From Clostridiaceae bacterium (GTDB taxonomy: Bacteria; Bacillota; Clostridia; Saccharofermentanales; DTU023), in the NCBI GenBank assembly GCA_012838135.1, contig DUPV01000060.1, positions 22,498-86,497 of the forward strand: a stretch of DNA of 64,000 bases, given 5' to 3'. The stretch's first letter is position 1. Every line of letters starts with the position of its first letter. The notes beneath the pieces are model-generated. The model made no database searches and was not told the DNA's origin. It was given only the letters and a program-made list of their open reading frames with translations. The translations under genes and the position numbers were made by a program. Below, piece by piece: positions 55,527 through 64,000 of this stretch.

Positions 55527-57584
55527 ATGAATAAAGAACGTGCGAAAAATATCAGTACAATTATTATTGCTGTTTTTTTGTTAAGCATAATTCCTTTTAC
55601 TTTGCTTCTTAATCGAGAAACCGTAGCTGAATTGAATTTTCCGATTGAAGCAAAAGTTATTGCCATGCCCAGCCTTAACATCAGAAAAACTCCTGATTTA
55701 TCGCAAAATCCGATTGGTTCAATTCCTGCAGGTCAAGAGATTCTGCTTTTAGAACATACTGAAGGTCAGGCAATTAACGGTGATACAAATTGGTACAGAA
55801 TTGATTTCAGAAACCAGGATGGCTATGTTTCTGCCCAATTTATTGAATTTTCACCTTGGGAGATTGAGTTGCCACCGACAGCAAACGATCAGGATTTTGA
55901 AAACTATCTCGAAGAGCAGGGTTTTCCTTTTTCTTATCGAGCCGGATTACATAAATTACATAAAAAATATCCGAATTGGGTTTTTACACCGATCAAATTA
56001 AATATCGATTTTAGTTCTGCAGTCAATGGACAGTATAAGCCTGACAGTTCAATTAATTTCGTTCCTGCTGCATCAGAGGATGCTTTAAAATCAACCTCGT
56101 CAGCAGATTTTAACAAGGAAGCTAATCAATGGATTGAGAAAGAACGAGGTTGGGTTGCCGCAAGTAAAGAAATAATTGCTCATCAGCTTGACCCGAGAAA
56201 TTTTTTAGATGAACAGCATATCTTTCAATTTGAAAGTTTGAGCTATAATCCGGATGTTCAAAATTGGCAAGGTATTCGCAGTCAACTGACAGGAACGTTT
56301 ATGGATTCAGATGAATATGCAGATATTTTCTATAATGCAGCAGTGACTTCATCAGTATCCCCCTATCATTTGATTGCCAGAGTCAGACAAGAAGTATCAC
56401 CTAATGGTTCCGGCTCTTCAAGCGGCACTTATCCCGGCGTTGAAGGTTATTACAACTTCTTTAATATCGGTGCATATGGTACGGATCCGGTCTATGAGGG
56501 TTTAGTCTTCGCTCGGGACGGTTACAAAAACAATCCTGCAGCTAACGAGCGAATTATGATTCCTTGGAATACACCTGAAAGATCGATTACGGGGGGAGCT
56601 ATCTTTTTAGGTAATGATTATATTAATAATTTGCAAAACACTTTGTATTTTCAAAAATTCGACTTAAGACATGGTCCGGATTATTGGCACCAATATATGG
56701 CAAATGTATTTGCTCCGCAAAGTGAATCACGTACAATCTATCATGCTTATGCAGCGCAAGGCAGTCTGGCTGAGCCGAAGGAATTTTTAATTCCGGTATT
56801 TACTTCAATATCTGATTTGCCGACACCTTATCCAACCGGAGGTTTGGGCACACCAAATAACTGGTTGCGTTCAATCTCAATTGACGGAGCGTTATTGCCC
56901 GGCTTCGAGAGCTCTACCTATTCATATCAGCTGGAAGTAGATGCACCGAATTCTGAAATTACAATAGATGCAACACCATATAATCCTTATGCCGAAGTTA
57001 CCGGTCGAGGATCTTATTTTTTAAAAGAAGGCAAAAATCCGATTTTAATTGCGGTTACTGCAACCAACGGTTCAATTCGCAATTATGAAATAATTATCAA
57101 TTATCATGGCGGAACAACGGCAGAAGTTCCGCGAGTAGAGAGTTCTGTTTATCAAATCCAACCGGATGGTAATATTTACGGTTTGGATTTTACCCGGAAT
57201 TTAAACCTGGTAGAAAATGCTTTAAGCAATATAACAACTACAGATCAATATACATTGAGTATAGTTGATCTTGCTGATCAGGAAGTGACTCAAGGTTCAA
57301 TTGCCACCGGATATAAACTATTACAAAAACAAAACGGCAATGTAGTAGGTAAATATACATTTATCATATTGGGCGATGTGAATCGTGACGGTGATGTTGA
57401 TGTTTTGGACGTGGATTCGATATATCGATACATCACAGGTTTTTTGAATCTGGATGATACGCAGCTGCTTGCTGCAAATGTTTTACAAGATTCGGAAGTA
57501 GATATTTTGGATGCAGATCAGATTTATCGTTCTGTAGTCGGCTACACAAAAATTTCTCAATATTTAGAACCGTTATCCGAGTAG
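55527..57584 (+). CDS. Membrane-anchored peptidoglycan hydrolase: SH3b, GH73-like glucosaminidase, cadherin-like beta-sandwich, C-terminal dockerin
   Basis: SPYHLIARVRQE..YNFFNIGAYG..TLYFQKFD (glucosaminidase), LRSISIDGALLPGFESSTYSYQLEV, and dockerin repeats GDVNRDGDVDVLDVDSIYRYI / ANVLQDSEVDILDADQIYRSV. Confidence 0.75.
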   Translation: MNKERAKNISTIIIAVFLLSIIPFTLLLNRETVAELNFPIEAKVIAMPSLNIRKTPDLSQNPIGSIPAGQEILLLEHTEGQAINGDTNWYRIDFRNQDGYVSAQFIEFSPWEIELPPTANDQDFENYLEEQGFPFSYRAGLHKLHKKYPNWVFTPIKLNIDFSSAVNGQYKPDSSINFVPAASEDALKSTSSADFNKEANQWIEKERGWVAASKEIIAHQLDPRNFLDEQHIFQFESLSYNPDVQNWQGIRSQLTGTFMDSDEYADIFYNAAVTSSVSPYHLIARVRQEVSPNGSGSSSGTYPGVEGYYNFFNIGAYGTDPVYEGLVFARDGYKNNPAANERIMIPWNTPERSITGGAIFLGNDYINNLQNTLYFQKFDLRHGPDYWHQYMANVFAPQSESRTIYHAYAAQGSLAEPKEFLIPVFTSISDLPTPYPTGGLGTPNNWLRSISIDGALLPGFESSTYSYQLEVDAPNSEITIDATPYNPYAEVTGRGSYFLKEGKNPILIAVTATNGSIRNYEIIINYHGGTTAEVPRVESSVYQIQPDGNIYGLDFTRNLNLVENALSNITTTDQYTLSIVDLADQEVTQGSIATGYKLLQKQNGNVVGKYTFIILGDVNRDGDVDVLDVDSIYRYITGFLNLDDTQLLAANVLQDSEVDILDADQIYRSVVGYTKISQYLEPLSE

Positions 57585-57599
57585 TATTTAGGAGATAAT

Positions 57600-58925
57600 A
57601 TGCGCAAATATATGAAACAATTATTTTTATTCATAATAAGCTTGTTGTATCTCGGGGTTTTGATGGTCCGTCCGGTTTACGCTGCGGGTGCGGAATTCGT
57701 CATATCAGCGGAAAATGCATCTCCCGGTGATACCGTTACGGTTTCAATTGTAAATAACAGCGGTATAGCAGTTACTTCAGGTCAATTTGATTTAGTGTAT
57801 GATTCGGAGCGTTTTGAACTTGTGGGGGCAACTTTGTTTCAGGAAAGTGCAATGCCGTTTTATCTTGAAGAAGGCAGAACTGATAAATTCAGAATATCTA
57901 CGATACCTCTTACACCGAATCAGGCATATGCCGAACAGGTTATTGCATCAATTACTTTTAAGTTAAAAGATTCAGCAGATGGTCAAGCAACTTTTGAATT
58001 AGTAAAATCAAAAATCGGTTATGGCAATATTTATGAAAATGTTCAAAATTTGGAAGTTAGCGGAACAACCGTAGGCGTAAAAATTATGAATCCTGAACCG
58101 GGTGAACCGGCTGATCAGGGAATGGAAATTTCTGAAAAACCTGATCCGGATCCGCCACAACAGCCGACAGAAGATGAGCATTTGCAACCGTCAGAGCCTA
58201 AGCCGACCGAATCAACTGAACCGACCGAATCAACTGAACCAAACGAGCCAACGGAATCGAGCAAGCCGACTGACTTGAATGAGTTGACCGAACCGACCAA
58301 GCAGGAACAGCCAATTGTGACTTCTCAGCCGGACGGATCGGCAAAATCTGGCGATGATGTTACAACTAATCAATCAGACAATGAAAACAGAGAAACCAAT
58401 ACGACAACTTCTGAAGTTCTAAAGATTGCGACTGATGCTACAACACAAGATGAAATAAGAATTATTTCTACATTGGCACCCGCTGATACACAGACAACAC
58501 CTGCTCAGATTACGGAGCAGGCGATGAGTCGAACTGTGGTGCATACTGTTGAGACCGTGCCGACAATTGCTCTGGCTGTAATTACTTCTGCCGAAACGGA
58601 AGAAGTGTTGCAAAATAATACGCAAACTATGACCGAGCAATCTCAAACAATTACTACTAAAACTGAAACGACTACGAGTGCTGCAACTGAAAAAACGACT
58701 CCTGCAACTGTGCAGCAAATTATGGAAAATAGTCAAAATACTGAATTAAATTCAATTAATATAGAAGAACAGAAACAAGCTAAACAAGAACAAGCTTTTG
58801 AATTGACAGGTAATGAATTAAATATTAATAATAAACTTATGGTGGGAGGCTTGGCTATTACGGCAATAAGTTCCTTAGGAGCTCTGATTTTTTTAATCAT
58901 CAAAAATAATCTCAGACTAAGGTAG
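57600..58925 (+). CDS. Cohesin-domain protein with P/T/E-rich stalk and C-terminal membrane anchor
   Basis: Signal peptide ..VRPVYAAGA. Cohesin-like FVISAENASPGDTVTVSIVNNSGIAVTSGQFDLVYDSERFELVG. C-terminal TM helix LMVGGLAITAISSLGALIFLII. Confidence 0.7.
   Translation: MRKYMKQLFLFIISLLYLGVLMVRPVYAAGAEFVISAENASPGDTVTVSIVNNSGIAVTSGQFDLVYDSERFELVGATLFQESAMPFYLEEGRTDKFRISTIPLTPNQAYAEQVIASITFKLKDSADGQATFELVKSKIGYGNIYENVQNLEVSGTTVGVKIMNPEPGEPADQGMEISEKPDPDPPQQPTEDEHLQPSEPKPTESTEPTESTEPNEPTESSKPTDLNELTEPTKQEQPIVTSQPDGSAKSGDDVTTNQSDNENRETNTTTSEVLKIATDATTQDEIRIISTLAPADTQTTPAQITEQAMSRTVVHTVETVPTIALAVITSAETEEVLQNNTQTMTEQSQTITTKTETTTSAATEKTTPATVQQIMENSQNTELNSINIEEQKQAKQEQAFELTGNELNINNKLMVGGLAITAISSLGALIFLIIKNNLRLR
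58203..58292 (+). repeat. 18 bp in-frame tandem repeats encoding PTESTE-like hexapeptides
   Basis: ccgaccgaatcaactgaa occurs twice exactly (58203-38), followed by three degenerate units. Confidence 0.8.
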
Positions 58926-58946
58926 GAAGGCCACCTGTTCTTAATA

Positions 58947-59402
58947 ATGAGTAAAGCAGTCTTGGAAAAATTCCGTCAACGTGAATTTATTCTGTACTTA
59001 ATCAGTGGAATAATTGTTACGTTAACGAATTGGATAACTTATTATCTATTAGAGAATTTAGTTGAATTTGCCAATTGGCGAATTTCGAATATTATTTCAA
59101 TAGGTTTTTCAATTTTCGTTGCATATCTTTTGAACCGAATTTTTGTTTTTCACTCTGAACAAAATATTTTTCCGGAAATATTTAAATTCTTTGTTTCAAG
59201 ATTTTTAATATCTTTGATTTTTGAGCATGGGCTAATGGAACTTCTTCTCACAGTAATCGGTTTTGACCCGAGAATATTAATATTTGGTTATGAATTCCAA
59301 GTTGTAAAAGTCTTAGGTTCAGTATTTGTAGTTTTGGCAAATTATTTTGTCAGCAAATATCTGGTATTTAGAAAAAGTAAAAGCAAAATAAAGGAATCAT
59401 GA
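58947..59402 (+). CDS. GtrA-family membrane protein
   Basis: 151 aa with four TM helices. Shows ..LNRIFVF.. and a C-terminal ..NYFVSKYLVFRK typical of GtrA-like proteins. Confidence 0.7.
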   Translation: MSKAVLEKFRQREFILYLISGIIVTLTNWITYYLLENLVEFANWRISNIISIGFSIFVAYLLNRIFVFHSEQNIFPEIFKFFVSRFLISLIFEHGLMELLLTVIGFDPRILIFGYEFQVVKVLGSVFVVLANYFVSKYLVFRKSKSKIKES

Positions 59403-61030
59403 TAATGGGCATGAACGTTTGGAAAAAAAGGTATAAAAGCAGAAATGGTGAAGGTATATACTGGTCTTTAGAAAAATCACTTGAATATTTGGCTGAAGCC
59501 AGAAAGTTTGGGATTAGACCCGGTTTGGCAAGAATTGAACAATTGTTAGAACGTTTAGGGAATCCGCAAAATGCTTGTCCGGTTATTCACATTGCAGGAA
59601 CTAACGGAAAAGGCTCAATCAGTTCTATGTGTGCTTATATCGCAGCAAATTCCGGTTTGCGTACAGGTCTTTTTACTTCACCGTATTTAACAAATTTCAA
59701 CGAACGGATTCGCATTATTGACGGACATGAAGGAATTCAAAATCTATATAAAGATGCACGTTCATCAGAAATCAGTGATGAAGATTTTGCTAAAACTTTA
59801 ATGTTAATTGCTTATGAAGTAGAAATCATGAGTGTCAGAGGTTTTGACAGACCGACCGAATTCGAAATGATCACAGCTGCTGCATTCGTATATTTTGCAG
59901 AAATGCGTTGTGATTTGGTCGTATTGGAAACCGGCATGGGTGGCAGACTGGACTCAACAAATGTTGTAGAAGAACCGCTTGCGACAATTATTTCGGCTTT
60001 GAGTTATGATCACACAGGCAGATTAGGCAGTACAATCTCAAAAATTGCTGCGGAAAAAGCCGGAATCATGCGACCGAATGTACCTGTTTTCGTGTATAAT
60101 CCTTATGATACGGAATTGACAGAATCAGATGCAGCTATTGTTAAACAAACATTATCAGAACACGCAAAAAATGTTAATGCACCGTTATCAATAGTCAATA
60201 GATCGGATATTGAATATCAATCGTCATATTTAACAGGTCAGACTTTTACTTATAAATCTGCCGGACCTTTCCATCTTCAATTAAGCGGTGACTATCAAGC
60301 TCAAAATGCGGCGTTGGCAATTGAAGCTTGTCGTTTGATTATCAAAGATGAAAATTTAATTCAGAGTGGTATTTCTTTAGCAAAATGGGCGGGGCGTTTG
60401 GAGTGTATTTCACAAGCGCCTTTTATTTTGATTGACGGAGCTCACAATAAGCAAGGAGTTTACGGTTTGAGGCAACATCTGGAAAAATTCCTCAAAGGTC
60501 ATAAATTAGTTATTTTAGCGGGTGTTTTACACGACAAAGACTATAAAGCAATGTTGGATATTATTTGCAGTTCTGAACTTTATGATATTGCTGAAATAAT
60601 TTGTACTAGTCCGGATTTCCCGCGTGCTCTTAAAGCAAAGAATTTGGCTGTTGAATTTGCTAAACATTATAATCAAAAAAATTCACGTACTAAATTCCGA
60701 GAAGAGTCACAAAATAAATTTCTAGAGAAATCAGATATTGATTCACGAGATAATTTTTACGATCAATTACCAAACAAGTCACAACTCAAAACACAAAACA
60801 AGCCTCGGGATAAATATCAAATCAAGGAAATAACTGAACTGGAATCGAAAGAAATTCCTTTGTATAATGAAAATCGGATTTGGTTTACGTCTGACAGAAA
60901 AGCAGCAACTGAATTTGCTTATGGATTAGCATGCAAAAAACGCTTGCCGCTGGTTATGTTTGGTTCGCTTTATTTGCTTGGTGAAGTCAGACCCTATTTA
61001 CTTGATTTATTGGAGGGATTAGATAATTGA
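59399..61030 (+). CDS. folC: Folylpolyglutamate synthase / dihydrofolate synthase
   Basis: Mur-ligase P-loop HIAGTNGKGS, plus LETGMGGRLD and IDGAHN. Carries a ~80 aa K/N/Q-rich insertion near the C-terminus. Confidence 0.85.
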   Translation: MIMGMNVWKKRYKSRNGEGIYWSLEKSLEYLAEARKFGIRPGLARIEQLLERLGNPQNACPVIHIAGTNGKGSISSMCAYIAANSGLRTGLFTSPYLTNFNERIRIIDGHEGIQNLYKDARSSEISDEDFAKTLMLIAYEVEIMSVRGFDRPTEFEMITAAAFVYFAEMRCDLVVLETGMGGRLDSTNVVEEPLATIISALSYDHTGRLGSTISKIAAEKAGIMRPNVPVFVYNPYDTELTESDAAIVKQTLSEHAKNVNAPLSIVNRSDIEYQSSYLTGQTFTYKSAGPFHLQLSGDYQAQNAALAIEACRLIIKDENLIQSGISLAKWAGRLECISQAPFILIDGAHNKQGVYGLRQHLEKFLKGHKLVILAGVLHDKDYKAMLDIICSSELYDIAEIICTSPDFPRALKAKNLAVEFAKHYNQKNSRTKFREESQNKFLEKSDIDSRDNFYDQLPNKSQLKTQNKPRDKYQIKEITELESKEIPLYNENRIWFTSDRKAATEFAYGLACKKRLPLVMFGSLYLLGEVRPYLLDLLEGLDN

Positions 61031-61956
61031 ATTGGCAAAAACAATATCAATTTTTTGAAGAATTAACGATAGATCAGGTGGGGTTGTTTGCGACACCGCG
61101 CGAATTAGAAAAAGCTCTTATGACCTATAATCGAGCTCTGGATTTGTTGAAATCAGGTAAGCAAAATCAAGCAATTCCGATGTTAAAGACAGTAGCTGAT
61201 GATTATCCGATGTTCTCATATGCTTCACATCTTTATGGCACTGTGATGGCTGCACAAAAAGATTTCAAACAAGCGAATGACTATTTCAAAAAAGTTGCTC
61301 TGTTGGACATTGACCAAGATCAAGCTGATTTGTTGCAACAACAGATGAAACTTGTTGCTCATGAAATAAATTTGCTTGAACATCAAGAAAGCTTGCTGAA
61401 AAAACGAAATGCTGCATACAGCTCAGTTAAAAAAGAAATTTCTATTGCGGATATTTTGGAAAAGGCACCGCGTAAAAAATATGTTTCCGGTGCAAACAAA
61501 GAAGAAATAGCTTTGATAAATCGTCAATTAGGTAATGAAGATCCTGCTGATTTATCCGGTGAAATGGCTTTGGAAGATCGCAAAGCAAATTTGAAGTTTG
61601 CTGCAATTGTTGTTGCAATTGCGGGAATAGTTTTTTTAATTTTTTATTTTGGTATTAGACCGGTTATTTTGAATTATCGTACGGAATCTAACCAATCTCT
61701 TAAGCATTTGCAATGGTTGGAACGAGAAATGGAATCCAGAGCAGAGCAAGGTCAAATGGAAATTCAAAAATTATTGACGGATTATCTAAACAATTATTCT
61801 ACCTCTGAACCGGCTGATTCAACGAAAGTAACTGATATATCCGATACAACAATCCGGGAGTCTTCTGATAAAACAAGCCAAGAATCTGTCGAACCAACAG
61901 CAGAGGAATCTACTCAAGAGGCAACAGAAGAATCTGCGGTTGAAACCGGAGAATAG
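61027..61956 (+). CDS. Hypothetical bitopic membrane protein with a possibly TPR-like N-terminus and an acidic S/T/E-rich tail
   Basis: TTG start overlaps the folC stop (TTGA). Central TM helix FAAIVVAIAGIVFLIFYFGI. No catalytic motif seen. Confidence 0.5.
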   Translation: MNWQKQYQFFEELTIDQVGLFATPRELEKALMTYNRALDLLKSGKQNQAIPMLKTVADDYPMFSYASHLYGTVMAAQKDFKQANDYFKKVALLDIDQDQADLLQQQMKLVAHEINLLEHQESLLKKRNAAYSSVKKEISIADILEKAPRKKYVSGANKEEIALINRQLGNEDPADLSGEMALEDRKANLKFAAIVVAIAGIVFLIFYFGIRPVILNYRTESNQSLKHLQWLEREMESRAEQGQMEIQKLLTDYLNNYSTSEPADSTKVTDISDTTIRESSDKTSQESVEPTAEESTQEATEESAVETGE

Positions 61957-61965
61957 GAGAATAAA

Positions 61966-63627
61966 ATGCAATATCAATCGACGATTCAAGCAAGCAGAAA
62001 ATATACATTTTCTCAAATGCTGCGTGAAAGTGTGCCAATGCACGGAGGACTTTTTGTGCCTTGTGAATTGCCGAAGATTGACCAGGATTTCCTCAATCAA
62101 TTAAAACCGCTCTCTTTTCAAGCTCGGGCAGCCTGCATAATTCGATTATTTGCGCCTGAATTATCTGAACCGCAAATTAATCAAATATGTCAAACAGCAT
62201 TTAATCCGATGCATTTTCAATCAGAATTACTTTATGAAGCAAAACCGCTCAATCCATATTTAACCAACCCTTTATTTTTGTTTGTTGAGCGTGGACCTAC
62301 AAGTTGTTATATGGACTTAACTCATGCATTCAGTTTAGCTTGCCTGCAAACAGTGATGCAAGAAAATGAACAATGGCTTGTAATGACCGGTGAATCGTTG
62401 CAAAGTATTAAAAGTTTGGTTGCTTTGCATCTTGATGATTCGGCATGGGTTCCTGTCTTAATTACTGATAGTAAAGCAACCAACACTTATATTCTGAAAG
62501 AAATCCAACATATGCACAGTGTGGCAGCTCGATCTCAATATCGCTTATCCTATGCATTTTCTGACAAGGATTCAAATGATATGCCAAAACAAAATAAATT
62601 GGCTGTTGAGATGCCGATTATAGGCGATGCAGATGAATCGGAAAAAATAACAAATGATAATTTTAGCGAGCATGACGGTCGATTAAAATTGTACACAATC
62701 AACGGTAGAGTTCAAGATGTAGAATATTTTACACAAAATTTATTTTATCAAGAAAAACTTCGTTTAAGACTTAAAGAACAAAACAAATTTCTCGCAGCCA
62801 CGGGAAGTTTGTCCTTTACTCATCATTTAGCACTGATCATCATATTGCTATCGGCTTATTTGGATTTATTGAAGCAAGAATTAATTGCTGACAGCGAAAA
62901 TTTTTGCTTAGCCTTCCCCAATATGAATCTTGATTTCCTATATGCCGGTCAACTTTTGCAAAAAATGGGTTTGCCGGTGTCAAACTTGATTGCTGCATCC
63001 AATAGCAATCGGGCAATTGATGATTTTCTGCGTCAGGGAAAATACAAATTGAAACGCAGATTTTCACGAACTACTGCACCGGCTCTTGATCAAATCTATT
63101 TACCGAATTTGGAACGAGTCCTGTTTGAGATTACTGAGCATGATTGTCAAACAACATATCAAATAATGACAGATTTATTTAAATTCGGACGGATCAATTT
63201 AGTTCCTGAAATTAAGCAGAAACTTTCTGACTTGATTCAATCAGGTTATGCCAACAATAACCAAATTATAGAACAAATTCGAAATTGGTATCTAAGGACA
63301 GATTATCTTTTTGATCCGTATACGGCTTTAGCTTTAATTGTATTGGAGCGTTTTGAGCAAAGTCTATCAAATACAAACAAAACGATTGTGCCTGTGATTG
63401 AGAGTCCGTTATTGTCTGTTCAAGTTACAGCTGAGGCAATTATTGAACAAGACAAAAACATTAAAATGAATTACAATCGCTTACTGGAGGCACTATCTGA
63501 AGAATCCGGCATTGAAATTCCTTTGGCTGCTCTTTCCGGTGAACAAAAACCGGAAGTCATCAACCTTGATATTGAACAGATGAGTGAGCGTATTCAGGCA
63601 GATTTACTCAAGATTGGTCAAAACTGA
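61966..63627 (+). CDS. Threonine-synthase-like protein lacking the PLP lysine (probable pseudoenzyme)
   Basis: Thr_synth_N-like YQSTIQ..HGGLFVPCELPKI. Colinear with long-type ThrC, but GPTLAFKD is replaced by GPTSCYMD, and SGDTG and SGNFG are replaced by GESLQ and NMNLD. Confidence 0.65.
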   Translation: MQYQSTIQASRKYTFSQMLRESVPMHGGLFVPCELPKIDQDFLNQLKPLSFQARAACIIRLFAPELSEPQINQICQTAFNPMHFQSELLYEAKPLNPYLTNPLFLFVERGPTSCYMDLTHAFSLACLQTVMQENEQWLVMTGESLQSIKSLVALHLDDSAWVPVLITDSKATNTYILKEIQHMHSVAARSQYRLSYAFSDKDSNDMPKQNKLAVEMPIIGDADESEKITNDNFSEHDGRLKLYTINGRVQDVEYFTQNLFYQEKLRLRLKEQNKFLAATGSLSFTHHLALIIILLSAYLDLLKQELIADSENFCLAFPNMNLDFLYAGQLLQKMGLPVSNLIAASNSNRAIDDFLRQGKYKLKRRFSRTTAPALDQIYLPNLERVLFEITEHDCQTTYQIMTDLFKFGRINLVPEIKQKLSDLIQSGYANNNQIIEQIRNWYLRTDYLFDPYTALALIVLERFEQSLSNTNKTIVPVIESPLLSVQVTAEAIIEQDKNIKMNYNRLLEALSEESGIEIPLAALSGEQKPEVINLDIEQMSERIQADLLKIGQN

Positions 63628-63959
63628 ATTTTAAAAACGTTCTTTAAGCCTTGTTCGCGGCATTTGTGAAAGAGTAGCGGTAATACTGAACCCGGATAAA
63701 AACGTATTATCAAATTCCCGGAACTGAACTAACATCATCAATTGAGATAGAACCCATCGGGCATGCTTTGGCACAAGCTTTATAATCTAACCTTTGAGAT
63801 TATTCTATAAGATTACACATAAATTACTGCAAATAAAAATTGTGCTATACTGTCTAGGTTAAGATGAATTAATTGATTTTATAGAAAGCCAATATCTATT
63901 AATGATTGCTTTGTATAGTTTTTAATATAGCAGAAATTTGAAATTGTTTGGTGGTATTT

Positions 63960-64000
63960 ATGAAAAAAATTAAAAGTAGATTTCCCGAAATCAGCAAAAT
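63960..64000 (+). CDS. 5' end of an unidentified gene that runs off the right edge
   Basis: ATG lies 5 nt after GGTGG. MKKIKSRFPEISK.. Too short to classify. Confidence 0.3.
   Translation, partial: MKKIKSRFPEISK

Noticed and set aside
63710-63799. Minus-strand fragment ..DYKACAKACPMGSISIDDVSSVPGI* resembling the end of a 4Fe-4S ferredoxin motif
   Set aside because: The frame is open for only ~28 codons and contains a single CxxxCP. That is too little to call a pseudogene without a database search.
1-64000. CRISPR arrays, rRNA genes, intact IS elements or transposases
   Set aside because: No regularly spaced non-coding repeats, no rRNA-like sequence and no transposase or integrase ORF were seen. 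The only tandem repeats are in-frame coding repeats (58203-58292 and 22292-22417).

Overview
This 64 kb window is a chromosomal segment from a low-GC Gram-positive anaerobe, probably class Clostridia or a relative. That assignment is an inference from gene content and codon style only.

Gene content, left to right:
- 0.3-10.7 kb: housekeeping genes (murJ, hflX, plsC-like, tadA), plus a response regulator / ABC transporter / histidine kinase cassette bracketed by a ~41 nt direct repeat.
- 10857-10948: tRNA-Ser(CGA).
- 11-22.7 kb: a mosaic, partly decayed accessory region. It holds a Fic gene, a large-serine-recombinase scar and a DUF5320/DUF134/NifX/MinD-ferredoxin/MBL metallocluster-type module. 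It also holds a two-component system followed by a VTC-domain / DUF4956 / CotH trio. Both the response regulator and CotH are broken at G homopolymers.
- 22.7-31.7 kb: cysK, a GGDEF cyclase, a PEBP-family lipoprotein, an LbH protein, a pseudouridine synthase, a DUF1576 membrane protein and a putative TIM-barrel protein.
- 32-39.7 kb: a WalRK-like two-component pair, a second pseudouridine synthase, and a DUF4430 lipoprotein with an ECF transporter.
- 39.8-49.8 kb: a complete type II fatty-acid synthesis operon (acpP, accB, accC, fused accD-accA, fabH, fabK, fabD, fabG, fabF, fabZ) ending in a MarR regulator.
- 50-55 kb: hpf, pcrA and two HD-domain dNTP/dNMP hydrolases.
- 55.5-58.9 kb: a dockerin-bearing GH73-like peptidoglycan hydrolase next to a membrane-anchored cohesin protein.
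- 58.9-63.6 kb: gtrA-like, folC, a membrane protein, and a threonine-synthase homologue that has lost the PLP lysine.

No rRNA genes, CRISPR arrays or intact transposase/integrase genes were seen.

Best candidates for under-described biology:
- the cohesin-dockerin/autolysin pair
- the VTC-DUF4956-CotH trio
- the NifX/MinD-ferredoxin module
- the ThrC-like pseudoenzyme

All family calls rest on motif recognition by eye. No database search was run.
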